64,000 bases of DNA from Penicillus capitatus. Taxonomy: Eukaryota; Plantae; Chlorophyta. Below, one piece after another: positions 1 to 11,615 of this stretch. Positions within the stretch are counted from its first letter, which is position 1, and the number at the start of each line of letters is the position of its first letter. Below the pieces are notes generated by a model. It did not search any database. It had not been told where the DNA came from and saw nothing but the letters and a program-made list of their open reading frames with translations. The position numbers and the translations under genes are program-made. The stretch covers positions 124,001 to 188,000 of the forward strand of contig OZ287709.1 of NCBI GenBank assembly GCA_965649825.1, given 5' to 3'.

Positions 1-1307
1 AGGGATACGGCTTTGTGGAATGCATATCACACGACGCAGCCGGACGTGTTTTGGAGCTCTATAATGGAAAACCGATTCATGACTCGGGAGCAGTGTTCCG
101 ACTCAACTGGGCGACGCATGGTCAAGGAAAACGTGCGCCATCGGAAGGTAGATGCGTCTGTTCGTGTCCATCGGCACACGACTTCGCCGCAAACTAAACG
201 GCGCGCGCACCGACGACTTCCGAATGTCTAGATTACTCGCTCTTCGTGGGAGACTTGGCAGGCGAAGTGACGGAAACAATGCTGTTGGACCATTTTCGCT
301 CTTACTTCCCGAATGCCACAAACGCCAGAGTACGAACAAACACACACACTCTCACTCTTCTCACTCTTGTACAGGTGATTATGGACATATCTACGGGTCG
401 ATCAAAGGGCTATGGCTTTGTGCGTTTCATGACGGAGCAAGAACGTGATCAAGCTATCGGACAGATGAATGGAACTTTTCTTTCCTCAAAGACCATCAGA
501 GTGTGCGAAGCAACAAGCAAGCAAAAGACCAGCGCTCAGTCAGCGGGTCTGTCATATCCATAGCCTGTATGATGACTTTATCGTGCATTGCTGTGTGTCT
601 CGGTAGCTTCTCAGGCATACGGATCTGATTTGACGAATACGACGTTATTTATCGGCAATCTCAGTCCAAGTATCACTGAGGAGTATCTGAAGGCGACGTT
701 TAGTCAGTTTGGAGAAATCGTGTATGTGAAGATTCCTGTGGGCAGAAACTGCGGTTTCGTGCAGTATGTTGATCGTCTCTCGGCCGAAGCTGCTCTGGGA
801 TCCATGAACAATCAGATTCTTGGAGACTGCACCATTCGCGTCTCCTGGGGACGAAATAGATCCACCACAACGCCGACAGCCACAACCATCGGTAAGCCAA
901 CCAACCACACAGCCGACAGACAGCACCACCTCCCTTTATGCTCTCAGGAACGTCTGCGCCGATTGCTGCAGTTCCATCTCCGTACCCCTATAGCGGTGGC
1001 TATGCGCCCTACGATCCCAACATGATGGCAGCGTATGGATACGATCCAAATGCCTATGCCGCGTATTACGGTGCTTACGGGGTATGTCCTCGCATTTGTG
1101 TGAGCATCCTGACGTCTTCTGTTCTGTGTTGTCCTCTAGGCATACGCCGCCGCCTATGCACATGCACCTGCAGGGTATGTGGAGGCCGAGCGCCCTGAGA
1201 ATACGGAGTACGACCCAAGGGCACCAGATGATGTACACAAAATGAACCAACAATACATTGAAACGAATCAACCCCCATTGACTGGGTCCAGTCTTCGAGT
1301 GCCCTGA
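1..1307 (+). CDS. RBP45/RBP47-type three-RRM polyadenylate/U-rich RNA-binding protein (5'-partial, multi-exon)
   Basis: Spliced exons give GYGFVEC...FRLNWA, DYSLFVGDLA..., TGRSKGYGFVRF and NTTLFIGNL...RNCGFVQY...IRVSWG (three RRMs), then a Tyr/Pro-rich tail ending TGA 1305-1307. GT-AG introns, e.g. 329-373. Confidence 0.9.
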
Positions 1308-2082
1308 TTTGGAAAGGACTGTTCTTTGGACAACACTGATCCCGTTCGCTTGGCACTCCGTCTTTCATAACATCTTGTTTGCATTGCTTACCCTGTTGTT
1401 GTCTTGACGAGAAATCATTTTATGAAGTGCGAGCGAGAAACCACCAGAGTCCACGTGATGAGGATGATGTCATCCCCTTAGAAAACAAAATAAGAACGTG
1501 GAGGCTTTGTATTGACGGAGATTAGGTATCTGTGTGAAATCCAAGAACTAGACTTCCATTTTGACATGACGGTGGGTAGACGACAAAAACAACAACAACA
1601 ATGGACAGCACGTACATTCCGAACCGCGGGCGGTTTAGCCTTTTCTGAGCCGCGACGCGTCCATCAAGATACAAAAGAAATCCTATGATCCTATCCCGAT
1701 CACATGTAGACTCGCATGATTCGGCGAAGTTTTCCCAAACGAACGAGGCGTCAATAAACGCCTCGAATCGCCGTTTGTAGACATGCGATAGAATCGCATT
1801 TTGACAATGACAGACAGGACACTTTGCCTGTCGATAAAGCATGTTGGGTCCGTCAGATTTTGTGGTTGGTTGGGTGTCGAGTCCGAACGTCTCGTCTTCA
1901 TGACAAACGGCGACATCTCACGTCTTGATGTTGCCCTTGATGCACATTGCTCGTGTGGCACAAAGAATCGCCATTCCACGAGCTCCAAGTCACCGTTGCG
2001 CCACAGCCTCTCGTCCAAGGTACCACCTCCGAAGGACGGACGGCACGATGCCTCGCGTGCTTATCATTGCAGAACGTCGGCG

Positions 2083-3205
2083 ATGAAGATCGACGGGCAT
2101 CTCCATGTCTGGGCCAGTGAAGCAGAGAGTCAACAGTTTCCCTATGATGTTTGGCTATCTCGGTGTTTCTATACACAGCATTGGTGTGTTCGTGCAGCGT
2201 CCTCCTGCTGTGCAAGGCAACACGGATTACTTGGTTGATCTGCTGGCCAAGTGTGACATCGACATGGCCATGATTGTCCAGTCCGCCACGCATGCCTTTG
2301 ATCACTCTTATGTGCGAGATGCCATGGGGCGCTTTCCTGGAAAATTCATCGGCTGTCTACTGGCCAATCCAGATGACGTCTCTCGGATGACGCCTCTGTC
2401 TGTGTATGTGATTCGATGGGTGTTGTGTAGAGTGGATGTGGTCTTGCAGAAATGGAGGGACTGGTTCAGCAAGACGGATTCCGTTGTGTCCGATTCAATC
2501 CCTACATTTGGCCAAATGGGCAGAAGATGACGAACGAAGTGCTTGTCGCTGCATTCCTCTGTAACCGCATTTGTTTGGGAAGATCGGCAGGAAGCTGTTC
2601 CGGAGAGCCGGTGAACTGAACGTCCCTGTCGGATTCATGCTGTTCAACGGTAATTGCAATCCAAACCTGGCAATGCGTGACGTCTATCCGATGTCAGGTC
2701 TGCTTGAACATCTCGACGAGATCGAGTCGTTGTGTAAAGACTATCCCGAGACCCTCGTCATATTGGATCATTTTGGATTCTGTAAGGATTCCGAAGATGC
2801 GTGGGGGAAACTTCTGGAGTGGTCAACGCAGTTTCCTCAGGTCTGGGATGAATGGCAGTGCTCGTGAGGAAGTGGATGTTTCTGTAGATCTACATCAAGT
2901 CGAGCGCTTTTTTCCGCAACTCTCAAGAAGGGTTTCCATATCTCGATCTCCGCCGCCATTTCCGAAGATTGGTGGACAGCTATGGAGCGCAGAGGGTATT
3001 GTGGGGGACAGATTTCCCATGGATCGTGCAGGAATGCGGGTACTCCATTCTCCCCTTGCAAACACGCTCTCTACTCCATGACTGCAGCTATGCAGATGCC
3101 TGGAGAATCATCGAAGAGGGAGACCGCATCTCCGGCACCCAGCTCCTCAGCGATGAAGAAACGGAATGGATCGTCGGGAAAACGGCGCAACAGTTGTTCT
3201 TGTGA
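2083..3205 (+). CDS. Amidohydrolase_2 family metal-dependent hydrolase (multi-exon)
   Basis: Motifs IDGHLHVW, AMIVQ..HAFDHSY, VILDHFGF and RVLWGTDFPW lie across successive ORFs separated by short GT-AG introns. The start could be further upstream. Confidence 0.85.
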
Positions 3206-3387
3206 TCGTAGGACAGATCTTTAGCTTATTTTAAAACCCGTTTAAGTTGTTCATCAAAACAATGATTGAAAAGTGCTTCATTGGCACAAGAATTGACGGC
3301 ATCGTCGACTTGATTGGAAGGTTTCTTGCCTGGTCGGCCTTGAGTGAGAAAACGGATACTGATGAATCATCATTGAGAAAGACTTAG

Positions 3388-5033
3388 CTAGGTAGTGGCA
3401 TTATCTTCATTTCTACGGGGCTTGCTGCTCATCTCTTCGGCAAAGCGCATGGTTTTCTCGGCGAGGCCCATCTGAATCTCTTCTTCAGTGTACTCTGCCA
3501 GGTAATAGTCGATTGCTCGAGCATCTGGTATAGGTTTCCACAGCAGTCCACCCCACATTGGATAATAGATCGTCAGAAGGAGCAATGTGGATAGGAGTGT
3601 GGTAACACCAGCCCAGAAGAACCCTTCATGGGTCTCCAATCTGGAAGACACCGTCATCCACCACTCTTAGCAGAGATGCAGTAAAGAGGGAGTGCATACC
3701 TGGATTTGTTGAAGAAGATTTCTTGCAGAACGGATCCGATGATGCTGGCGCCAGACCCAACGATGCCCTGGACGAGCCCCAGCGCTCGATGCGAGACGAA
3801 GGGCGTCAGAGAGAACAGTGCAGCGTAGAAGATCGAAACAAAAGCAATCACTAACTGAAGTGCGATGATAGAAAGAGTGAGACTCCGACGGGACTCGGAC
3901 AGAAGAATGAGAGCGACGCCGAGTGCTACCATGTCGATGGCAGCAAACCAGAGACGTCCGCGCATGCCTCGGTATCGCGAAACGAGATCGGAGAGATAGC
4001 CGCCGAGCGGCACATAAATACCATTAGCAAATCCAGCCAGACTGCCAAGAGCTCCGGCAGTTGCAAAACTACATACCATCCGCCGCGCGTCAGGAAGGAG
4101 AAATGTACTGCTGTGTTGTGCTGACCCGATTTCAAAGTTGTCGAAGTAGTATGAAGTGATGATGTTGTAGATAGAGAGGCCGATGCCCAGAACGATGCCA
4201 CAGAGCAACATGAATACCCAGGTCCTGTAGTTTCGGATGGCCATTACCCATCTTTGGCGTTGTCCGCCACCACTCTTGCTATCCTCGGGCAGCGGCGGTG
4301 GTTGCTGTCCGTCTGGTCGATCTTGAGTCGCCAGAAGGACGTAGACAAACACGATGAGCTGCAGAATTCCCGGAACAAGAAGTGTAACTCTCCATGCCAC
4401 AAAAGGCTCAAGACTCTCAGAAAACGAGACGAACATGGCTGGCAAGAGCAGCTGAGCCACACCGTATCCCATTTCCGACAGACCAAGCATCGAGGAATTC
4501 GCTGCCCCAACGATGTCGTCTGAAAACATCGACGAACACCAGTAAAGACTTACGGTCTGGCAGCCCATTGACAATCCGATCAACGGTCGGCAGATGACAT
4601 GCCCTAAATATAACAAGCTCATGCTGGGGATATTGCTGTGAGGGGTCTTGCCTATAGGTTCATTGACGAGTGTGATAAGATGAAATGGCAGTCCTGTGGT
4701 GACAAGCATGGTCAGCATGACGATTTTCGGGCCGTAGGCGTCGCACAAGTATCCAAGCATGATGCGACAGAAAGCTGTTCCTCCGAGCGTCAAGGCATTT
4801 CCGAGTGCGATATCGGATTCGTCAAGGTTAACCGTGTCTCGAATCGGAACAGTCAATGCTGCCGGAGCAAAGGACGCAAACATGGCGACGAAGAAACACG
4901 CCCATGCGCCATGAAAAGCACGCACAGGTGCCGTGTGAAGACACCAGGGACGAAAGGTCGTTGCGCAAACACCATCGAGTGCATTGTTTCCGCTTTTGAC
5001 TGAGGGCGGCGTTATAGGAGCTCCTGACGTCAA
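3388..5033 (-). CDS. NRT2: NRT2-like nitrate/nitrite porter (MFS), divergent
   Basis: N-terminal RAFHGAWACFF..., RIMLGYLCDAYGPK and YYFDNF; the last exon (ORF 3388-3657) carries the typical PMWGGL...DYYLAEYTEEE...GL...MRFAEE tail. Confidence 0.88.
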
Positions 5034-6547
5034 CGGGGCGAATCATAGAGAGCATCGAGTCGGAGCGCACGTACTTGTTTTCACATTTCCTGCCCTCTGA
5101 TTGTTTTCATTCATAGTACAAAAAACGGTGGCTGACTGGAAGAATTATGGGTCTTGTACTGTACAGGGCTCTAAGCAGTAAGGATGTCTCCCTACGGCAG
5201 GTCGAGAGGCGATTCAATCACGTAACTCCTACTGGAACTGTCACTGGGAGAAACAACTGAGTTTGCCGTTTAAATTGTAAGGACGGTTTTCTTTGCCGGT
5301 CTGCGTTTCCTTTTAAACAGCAGGATGGATGGCTGAGGGAAGAAGACCAAGCAATACACGTCCCATCAGTGAACAAGGACCCTCCAAGGCAGTAGGTAGA
5401 ATAACAGTTGCAGGGACGACGCTTGGGAAGCCGTCGATGGAAAGCTAACAGATCGGACAATTGCTCGGAATCCGTCGAAAAACGAACCGGAGGAATGGCA
5501 TCCGCTACGGATCGATATGACGCAGCTATTCTAAGATCCTCGCAGCACGCGGATGGTTTGTTCCAAACAGAAGAGCCAATGGCGGAGAGACGTGCATTCG
5601 AAGCGCCCTATCACGTCCTTTCGAGAAAAAGACGCGACGCTTGAAGCGTCCAGTCTTACGTACGTCTAGACTCAGATGTGAGAGCGCCCGCAGTACAGTG
5701 CTCGTCAAGGTACGGAACGTCCTGCATTGCGGTAAAAAAAGCAAACAGCCAAACGATGCAGTTTTAATCATCACCAGAAGGTCGCTCCGCAGTTGCGGAC
5801 ATACAGACAAGCCTATCCGGGATATGACGATTCGAACGCTGTTCATCCAGTTGTTCGTTGACATGACGTGTTAGACACCTCCGTTTAAGTAGACCCTGTC
5901 GCTCAGCGAAAGAGAGCTTTGTTGACATGCAGCTCACAAGAGAGATGTCCGCTTCTTCACATAATCTTATGTTGACGCTGCTCTAAGAGATGCATGAATG
6001 TTCCATTGATGTCACTTTGTCTTTTGGAAATAACGATGGAGCTAGAAAGATCTGACATGATAACCACACTTAGCTAGCTGATGGAGTCTTTAAGAGTATA
6101 GTGGACTGTCAAGTGAACGAAAGGCAATCACGCCTTTTTTGTCCTAACACGAATCCTCAGCGCTAGAGAACATGTAGATGATCTCAGATCAAAAAGATCC
6201 GAGACAGTGAGAAAGAATCCACAAATGGTAAGGAAAATATGCATTATTGTCTGAGGCGTATCGACAGATCAAGATTCCAGACTACGTGATCTCCACCCTG
6301 CTTGGTTTTTGAGTGCACTTGCTCTCTTTACCCTTATTCATTCTCGCCATGTGCGTTTTGATGACAGGGAAAAAGAAAAAAACTTGATGAAGGCGCGACG
6401 CAGATGAGTTCATGAAAACAGACCAACGAATTGGAATCATTAATTTGTTTTGTGTTTGCATCCTTGCGTTAAAACAGTTTGGTTTCAGAGCGAGGTTGAG
6501 GTTTAATACCTTGCGAGACGATGAATTTCCTGTATATCCGTCAGTTA

Positions 6548-6807
6548 TGTCGCCGGTCGGCCGAACGAAGAAAATACAACAGCGGAAGACTTCTTACAAG
6601 TGATCGGAACAAGGTCTGGAATGGTTCTGAATGCCGATTAAGTACTCGCATGACGATAAGACGTTCCTAGGCAGGTGAATCATCGTGCTGCCAAAACCAC
6701 AGAAAATGGCCTTTTGGCCCGTAGGACAAGACGACAAGCGCCCCTCGAACACATGAACCCCTCAACAACAAGACAATGGTCACATCGCCAGGCGAATCTT
6801 GGCGACA
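6548..6807. mobile_element. Solo LTR (family B, 260 bp) with 5-bp TSD AGTTA
   Basis: Begins TGTCGCC and ends GGCGACA (7-bp terminal inverted repeat). AGTTA at 6543-6547 and 6808-6812. Homologous to 10478-10724 and to the reverse complement of 45574-45821 (shared ACAGCGGAAGACTT anchor). Confidence 0.85.
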
Positions 6808-6909
6808 AGTTAGTCCACCGACTCAGGTGGGAGCTGGCGTTGGCCGTCACCTTATCAACCCTGCCGTTTCTGACGGTTATGAATCTGCGTCGCTTTTACG
6901 CCTGCTACC

Positions 6910-7090
6910 GACAAAGGGGAAACTAAAAAGTCGCTAGAAAAGAACTTGTCCGGGCCGGAGAACACATCAAACGCAAGTCAAGGGGAGAACGACTCTGTAG
7001 GGTTGTCTGAATCGCTAGAATCGAACCAGCTGGTTTCACAGAACTCCTCGGAACTCAACTCAAGGGGAAAGCGACTCTGTGTGGTTATCT
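6910..7090. repeat. Degenerate ~82-bp tandem duplication
   Basis: TCAAGGGGAGAACGACTCTGTAGGGTTGTCT (6978) versus TCAAGGGGAAAGCGACTCTGTGTGGTTATCT (7060); TCGCTAGAA recurs ~81 bp apart. Confidence 0.6.
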
Positions 7091-7803
7091 ACTTATCAAG
7101 CCGGGCAACAGGCATTGCGGGAAGTGGATTTGAATGCGGCTTGCATGACGCTTTTGATGACCACGATGCAATGGGCTGCCGTTAGCGTGGTGTTGTGGCT
7201 TGTACTGCGTGTTTATGAGTGTTTCCTGTGAACGTCGACCCGGCGGCCGAGTCCGGACCGGATAGCGAGTCGCGCAGGCAACTCCGTCGGCAATGCTATT
7301 TACATAGGTAGAGGACGAACACAACAAGGCAGTTCCGTTTAAATACCCAGCAGTGTGAGAGTCACATCATTATGTAAGCGCATCGTCACTCACACCTCGC
7401 GTCATGCGTTCCAGTGATGTTCTGCTGGCGTGGCGCCACAAGGACGGTTGGCACGCCAGCAGCGACTCCTCGCCAGAAGACCCGAGGCGGAACCAGCTAC
7501 CTTTCACATTTCCAACACGCGCTTGGAGTGAAGGAACGTGTTGCCGGCTAGTGGGTGAACCGCAGTCGATTACGGGGTATATGTTTTAAGGGACATGATG
7601 TCCAAATGTTGCGAGACCTTACACTGTTACACGCTTCCGAAAGCGAAAGAATCCGTGAGTTGATATCAAAGTATTCCGAAGGTCCTAGGATAGCAAATAA
7701 AGCCTAGAAGCTCGATATGATAAACAAAGTGGTGGAAAGGATTACTGGAGATACTGGTGTTCGGCAGATGGATTCCAAGATGCCTCGTGGCTTGGCGTCA
7801 AAA

Positions 7804-8092
7804 TTGTGGAAGAACGTCTTGGAGGGTGATGCCGAGATCAACACACAAAAGGCCACGCCCGAAAACAGCAACCTCTCAGACCTGGACAGCGAAACCCGAC
7901 AGACCGTCGAAAAAATGATAGTACGGCGTGACGGCATAGAGGGTGGGTGCTCACGGGAGTGATGCTGTAGTTTGACCAGCGCCAGAAACAGATGGGACTG
8001 CCGACAAGCGAGGAACAAAAAAGAATGAGATCTTACAGAAATTCATGGCTGCGCATCCCGAGATGGATTTCTCTCAGGCGAAGATTAGTTAA
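7804..8092 (+). pseudogene. NUDC: 3' fragment of a NudC/BOBBER-type gene
   Basis: [37 protein letters not shown], intron 7921-7970, FDQRQKQMGLPTSEEQK, then a frameshift in an A6 run into NEILQKFMAAHPEMDFSQAKIS*. No upstream CS domain is recognisable. Confidence 0.75.
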
Positions 8093-9415
8093 AGAGAACA
8101 GAGCCAAAGACAGGGTGTTTAAAGGTTGTTTATTTTAATTTCTGTTCCGTGAAGAGAACGTGTGCGTTCACTCTGGGATCGTATTTGACGAACTGCAGTT
8201 TCCGAGTCAGCTTCTTCGGATTGCGCTTCGTCACGTAGAAGAAACCCGTCCCGGCTGTGCTGACGAGTTTGACAAAAATGGCGCCTGCTTTCTTTGCGGG
8301 TCCCATTGTCCGACTGCACGGTCTGACGATAAAGATAACGCGATGGCCAATTTGCGTGCGTCAGATGAGTAGGCGAAAAAAATGCATGACGGTGACAGTT
8401 TCATCAAAACGGATAGGAGTAGGACGAGATGAATTGAGAACTGGCACATTTCGGAAGAAATGCAGAGGGTCGCTGCAAGAAGCAATAGCTGGGAAATCAT
8501 AAGGTCACCAACCCCTGGTGAAATGGACAACCAACCGTCTGGCATTCGGCGTCAAAGTTGGTCGACAGATATTGGCAATCAAGACTATTTGTAATAGAAA
8601 TGCGATACTTATCTCTCTGTTTCCAGATACTGTGGCTGCTGTTAATGCTTTTATACAATCTGCAGAGCCTTTTTACGATTAACGATTTGGTGAAAGATGT
8701 ACGCTCAGGGATTTCGTCATAGTCCGGTTCACTCGAGACACTCATACACAAAGCCATGTAGTTAACACGAAAAAGGCAAAAAGAAACGTAGATGTCGGGC
8801 TAGATCTTGACGAATATAAGATCTGAGAAACAAATGGGAATCAGGATGCACTGGTGTCAACGTATTTCACAATCTATCCGTTGCCAATCGTGTTTCTCTG
8901 CTGTCTCTTCCGTGTGATTCGCCGGACATCAGATGGTCTGACCCTTGGACACACGACCTGTTCTTCGGCTTCACCTCACACCTCTTGTTGTGTAGAGCCT
9001 GAACCGATCAAGCTGGCCTGTTGTACTTCACCGTTTGGAGTGGCTGAAAGTCCGTTGGGTTTCAGCAACTGAGTCTACCGATCTGTGCCCTGATGGGTGA
9101 ACGTCCCATAGGAGGCCCATGGATTAACTGTTGACCCTCCCATCCTCATCTTGCTGTAGCTTTTTTGTGGTCCTCGTTCAGCACATGGCAACCGCTGTTG
9201 TTTCTTGCATTCTCCATTTCGCTATGCCTGTCCGGCTGGGAATTGCTGCCAAATCATCATGATCGTTGCATCTGAACGAAAGGCTCATGACAGCACGACC
9301 AGTGTCTTTTGGAAAATGAACGGACCATCGCGATCGTGAACTTCACGTATAAAGTCTGAACGGTCGGCCATGAACTTGTTTTCCGTTCAGACAGCATCGT
9401 TTTCCAGTTTCGAGG

Positions 9416-9682
9416 ATGGCATTCAAAGCTCGCGCTCTTCTGTTGATCTGCCTCGTTGCGGTGGCGCACCTCGCGCTCGTCGCGGAAGGAAGGGTCATTC
9501 ACCCCGACCCGCACGGCTCTCGTCTGGAAAATTTCGTCAACTCTGATGGCTGCGTAAGACACAGGCGCCACACGTTCGAGCTAAACAGACCTTTGTTTGT
9601 TTAGGGTTATCCATGCCGTTCCGATCATGATTGTCCTTTTAGCTGCCCTTTGTGTATTCTCGGTGAGTGCACTTGGAGGTAA
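9416..9682 (+). CDS. Small secreted six-cysteine (knottin-like) prepropeptide, 71 aa
   Basis: Exon 1 (9416-9553) encodes a signal peptide MAFKARALLLICLVAVAHLALVAEG plus pro-region. Intron 9554-9604 (GTAAGA...TTTAG). Exon 2 (9605-9682) encodes GYPCRSDHDCPFSCPLCILGECTWR*. Confidence 0.75.
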
Positions 9683-9794
9683 TGACCACTCCCGAGTGAT
9701 TCCGTCGACCCCGACGTCGAAGAAATCAGAGGTCCCTTTTTGCAGTAACATGATGCATCCGTCTCCTTGTCAAATGTGTCGACTCTGATGGTAA

Positions 9795-9863
9795 ACGAAA
9801 CGCCTGCAGCGCGCCGTTTTCGAAGACGATAGACGAAACGTCTGCAGCGCGCCGTTTACGAAG
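9795..9863. repeat. Two-copy tandem repeat, 38-bp period
   Basis: ACGAAACG(C/T)CTGCAGCGCGCCGTTT(T/A)CGAAG at 9795 and 9833; 31-bp unit with 2 mismatches. Confidence 0.8.
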
Positions 9864-10477
9864 TGAGCGTCGCACAGCAAACCGCAGACGACGCGGTTAT
9901 CACGTTTACGCCTTGGCGACAAAGAAATCTCTGCGCAAATGATGCTCGGTACGACTACGAACTCGTTTTTGACGCCGCCCAGGGTTTCTCCTACAAGATC
10001 ACTGACAGCTCCGCTTCGATCTCTGTCTTGTACACAGTATTGTGCTGCCAAGGGTCTTTGCCAAAATTCTCAGACATGACGTTCGCTAAACGTATGCGAG
10101 ATTTCTGATGGGCGGACAAGTTTGTCATTGGATTGTCTGCGCGGCTGCCGCGGTATCGTGAATGGACGACGCCAAACTTGACGGACGTGGGAGTTCGAGT
10201 GACGACGGGTGGGGCATTTGCCGAAAAACAAAACGCGTCGAACGAAACTCTGGGCGTCTGAGAATTCACGTCGAATCTGCGTGCCCTGACGAACTTCGAC
10301 TGTGCAAGACGACCAAACGGGAAGGAAAGGAGAAGAGACGCGAAAGGAACAGCGCCTGTAAGAGAGAAACGCGTTTCTAACATCGGCCTTTGGATGCAGC
10401 GCGGATAATGAATGTCGCGACCAACATGCCGAGTTGCAATGATCCATGGATCATTGAATAGCCGCTGTCGTCAGGAC

Positions 10478-10724
10478 TGTCACCGCGGAAGTGCCGCGCC
10501 AAACGATAACAGCGGAAGACTTGTTACAGTGTTCGGAGAAGGTCTCGAAAGGTTCAGCTTGTCCATTATATACTCGCGTGGTGACGTAACCTTTCTAGAA
10601 TGGTGAGTCAGCTCGTGTTCAGGGCCAGAGAAAGACGTCCCAAGACGCAGTTGACAAGACAGGCAGCGCCCCTGCGCACGGCTGACCCCCACAGAACAAG
10701 GCAGTGTCACATCGCTCGGCGACA
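10478..10724. mobile_element. LTR family B copy (247 bp), no perfect TSD
   Basis: TGTCAC...GGCGACA, same orientation as 6548-6807. Flanks AGGAC / GAGAC do not match. The last 77 bp are nearly identical (1 mismatch) to the reverse complement of 45080-45156. Confidence 0.75.
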
Positions 10725-11615
10725 GAGACTGCGCGCTGAACGTGCAGAAAAATCCGCCTGCACTCGACGAGCGGCTACCGGTGTATCCTGTTTCCGTCGC
10801 GGAGACAACGCGACGGGCGCACGAAGACGTGTTCGTTGGTTCGACGAAACAGACGAGGAAAAGACGAAGCTCGAGAACCTGAGCTTGGACGCAACCGGCG
10901 GTCTGCGGACCATAAGAAAGCACGTCGACTCGAGCAGACGAGTCGACATTTGCCAACCAACGCACCAGAGTTTGCGACGGCTGACGAAGAAGACGAATCA
11001 TTTTGCCAGTTTCCGGCTGGTGACAAGAATCGACTGAGCACGAGACTCAATGCGATGAAGCCTGGAGGACCAGAGGATCGGCTGGATACTGGAAGAATGC
11101 AATTTTGGTAAAACCACTTGAGGTCATCCGGTTACATGAAGCTCGTGGCAAAGTTCCACTCGAAGCTCTGACAGAGTCACCAGTTCACGAGGCTGGACTG
11201 TGTATTTATGTAGGTATTTCGTTGCATTGTTGTCTATTAAGTACACTTGCTTTTCTGAGTTGTGTCTCCCATTTTTTGCTTTTCTGTCATAAATGAGGAC
11301 TTAAATGTCGAGATATAACAATACAACAAGATTATGCAACAACTGTAAAAACCTCCAATCTCTGTTTCATCGATTTCGTCGCACATGCACCATCATCTGA
11401 GAGAATAAGTGTTTTCGCGTCACATTTATTATTGGTAGTCACACTGTTTTAATTTAAACAAGAAAAACAAGTCATTTGCCGGGAACGCTCTCTTCAAGAA
11501 ATCGCGCACGCGATTAAAATCGCAACTCTCTCACAGATTGAGCCGTAAATCATTTCACTAACAGTGTACGTAACCATTATGAACATTTCGCTGATGTGAC
11601 AGTCGAGATGTAGAC

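Noticed and set aside
1522-2018. Minus-strand ORFs including a CPVC motif
   Set aside because: No recognisable family and no consistent exon model; could be the promoter/UTR region of the amidohydrolase.
5100-5880. NAR2 partner gene next to NRT2
   Set aside because: No NAR2-like motifs in any frame; the region looks like decayed sequence.
8160-8600. Gag zinc-knuckle relic ([10 protein letters not shown])
   Set aside because: Cys/His spacing does not fit CCHC and there are no flanking gag or pol motifs.
9795-9863. CRISPR-like repeat
   Set aside because: Only two units, a 7-bp gap, no cas genes, and a eukaryotic context.
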